Shown: positions 62,365-64,000 of the stretch, piece by piece | Layout: every line of letters begins with the position of its first letter | How positions within the stretch are numbered: the first letter of the stretch is position 1 | Source of the DNA: Chiloscyllium plagiosum | Taxonomy: Eukaryota | Length of the DNA: 64,000 bases | Assembly: GCF_004010195.1 (NCBI RefSeq) | Contig: NC_057719.1 | Span: forward strand, 8,906,221 to 8,970,220 | Direction: 5' to 3' | The notes under the pieces: generated by a model | Database searches by the model: none | What the model was told of the DNA's origin: nothing | What the model saw: the letters and a program-made list of their open reading frames with translations, nothing else | Translations under genes and position numbers: made by a program

Positions 62365-62905
62365 CCTGACTCCCCAAAGCTGTCCACCATCAACAAGGCA
62401 CAAGGTCAGGTGTGTGATGGAATACTCCCCACTTGCTTGGATTGTTACGAAGTTCCAATAACACTTAAGATGGTCAACACCACCCAGGACAAAGCAGCCC
62501 ACTTGATTGGCACCACATCCACAAGCATGCGCTCCCTCCACCACTGATGCTTAGGAATAGCACTGAGTATTATCTACAAGATGCATTGTGGAAATTCACC
62601 AAAGGTTTTTCCAAAGCACCTTCCAAACCCCTGACACGTCCACCCAGAAGGACAAGGGCAGCAGATAAATGGGAACACCACCTACCTGCAAGTTCACTCT
62701 GAAGCTAGTCACCATCCTAACTTAGAAATTGATTGCCGTCCCTTCATTGTCAACATCCTGGAATTCCTTCCTTAAAAGCATTGTGGGTCAGCAGGTGGAC
62801 TGCAGCAGTTCAAGAAGGCAGCTCACCACCACTTTCTCAAGGGGCAACTAGGGACCGACAATAAATGCTGCACAGCCAGCCACATCCCACAAATAAATTT
62901 TTAAA
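62365..62905 (+). mobile_element. Second CR1-group LINE family, 3' end
   Basis: LSTINKAQ...TQDKAAHLIGTTSTS plus 3' UTR ending caataaatgctg...cacatccca. Confidence 0.82.
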
Positions 62906-64000
62906 AAAGCTCATCACTGCATCCACGATAGATTGTGAGGGCTATTCAGATCTGGGTTGACTACAGTAGCTGTTGTTAGATTCCCAGATACCCACCAATA
63001 TCACATCGTTCAACACCTTCTGCGTTGCAAATGGTAGAGATGCCTTTTTCAGAGAAGGAAAGAAAAATCAATGCTATTGACCTGATTTCTCTTTAACATT
63101 GGTGCACTGGCCATCTCAGAACAGGATCATGCTGATATGCAGCTGAGGTTTACATGTTTACTGTTGAACCTGAGCTTTTACAAAACTAAGCTTCCCGTTT
63201 GCAGAACATTGTAAGAATGCCCAGTCCAGATTTGGCTGGCTGAAGAAAGCCTCAACCAGCTTCCCAACACAGCGCAGGCTCGATGAAAATCATAAAGCTG
63301 ATGTCCCATGCCAGTGTGTGTGATGCTTCAATACATAAGAAACAGGAGCAGGAGTAAGCCAACAAGATCTATACTGTTTAATACAATCTCACCGAGTCAC
63401 AGAGTCACAGAGATGTACAGCACAGAAACAGACCCTTCGGTCCAACTCGCCCATGCCAACCAGATATCCTAACATAATCTAGTTCCATTTGCCAGCACGT
63501 GGCCCATTTCCATGGAGGGTCAATGTGGACTTGTTGGGCCAAATGGCCTGGTTCCAGACTATAGGGATTCTATTCTATTAGCAATCGTCCTCTCTTTGCT
63601 AAAGAATTTCAATCAGCTCAGTTTACGAAATGTGATACTTTGAACTGAGATGTCAGCATGAGGAACGTGTGAAACATAAGACATTTTACATGTTACACTA
63701 AACAGAAGGGGCCGAATATCTTTGGACGGCTGGTTTGTGATGCAGACTGATCCCGACAGTGTGGGTTCAATTCCTGCTGAGGTTACCAAGAAGGTCCCTT
63801 CACAATCTCTCCCCTCACCTGAGGTGACCCTTTGTTTAACCAGGTGTCTCTCTCTGACGAGAAAGTCGGATCTTAACCTCTAAGTTGTACAAAAGAGGCC
63901 ATTTGGGTGTATGCTGGTAATTATACTCAACATTGGACTCCTCCCATCTGATTTATTTAATCCATCCAACATATTAATTATCAATATAAAATAATTCCAT

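Overview
Eukaryotic genomic DNA, repeat-dense and mostly intronic. The repeat set (HE1-type V-SINEs with (TAATC)n tails, HER1/CR1 LINEs, Deu-domain SINEs, Penelope-like elements) points to a shark; this is inferred from the repeats only. The only host coding feature I can support is one 182-bp minus-strand exon (15392-15573) of a neurexin, most like NRXN3 (start of the LNS6 domain shared by alpha and beta isoforms). The window is therefore probably two long introns of that gene, with two assembly gaps. Main observations: (1) a ~1.45-kb unique, Cys/Trp-rich, frameshifted coding-like island (13095-14565) with an internal 350-bp tandem duplication, a candidate endogenous viral element; (2) over a dozen Penelope-derived hammerhead-ribozyme cores from at least four subfamilies with covarying stem II, including a palindromic copy carrying a core on each strand; (3) a U6 snRNA copy fused to a full-length HE1 SINE; (4) an internally deleted FLYWCH-type Mutator-like transposon with a perfect 9-bp TSD; (5) a local inverted duplication of unique DNA; (6) several minisatellites, one abutting the neurexin splice acceptor. 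All homology calls come from recalled motifs, not searches.
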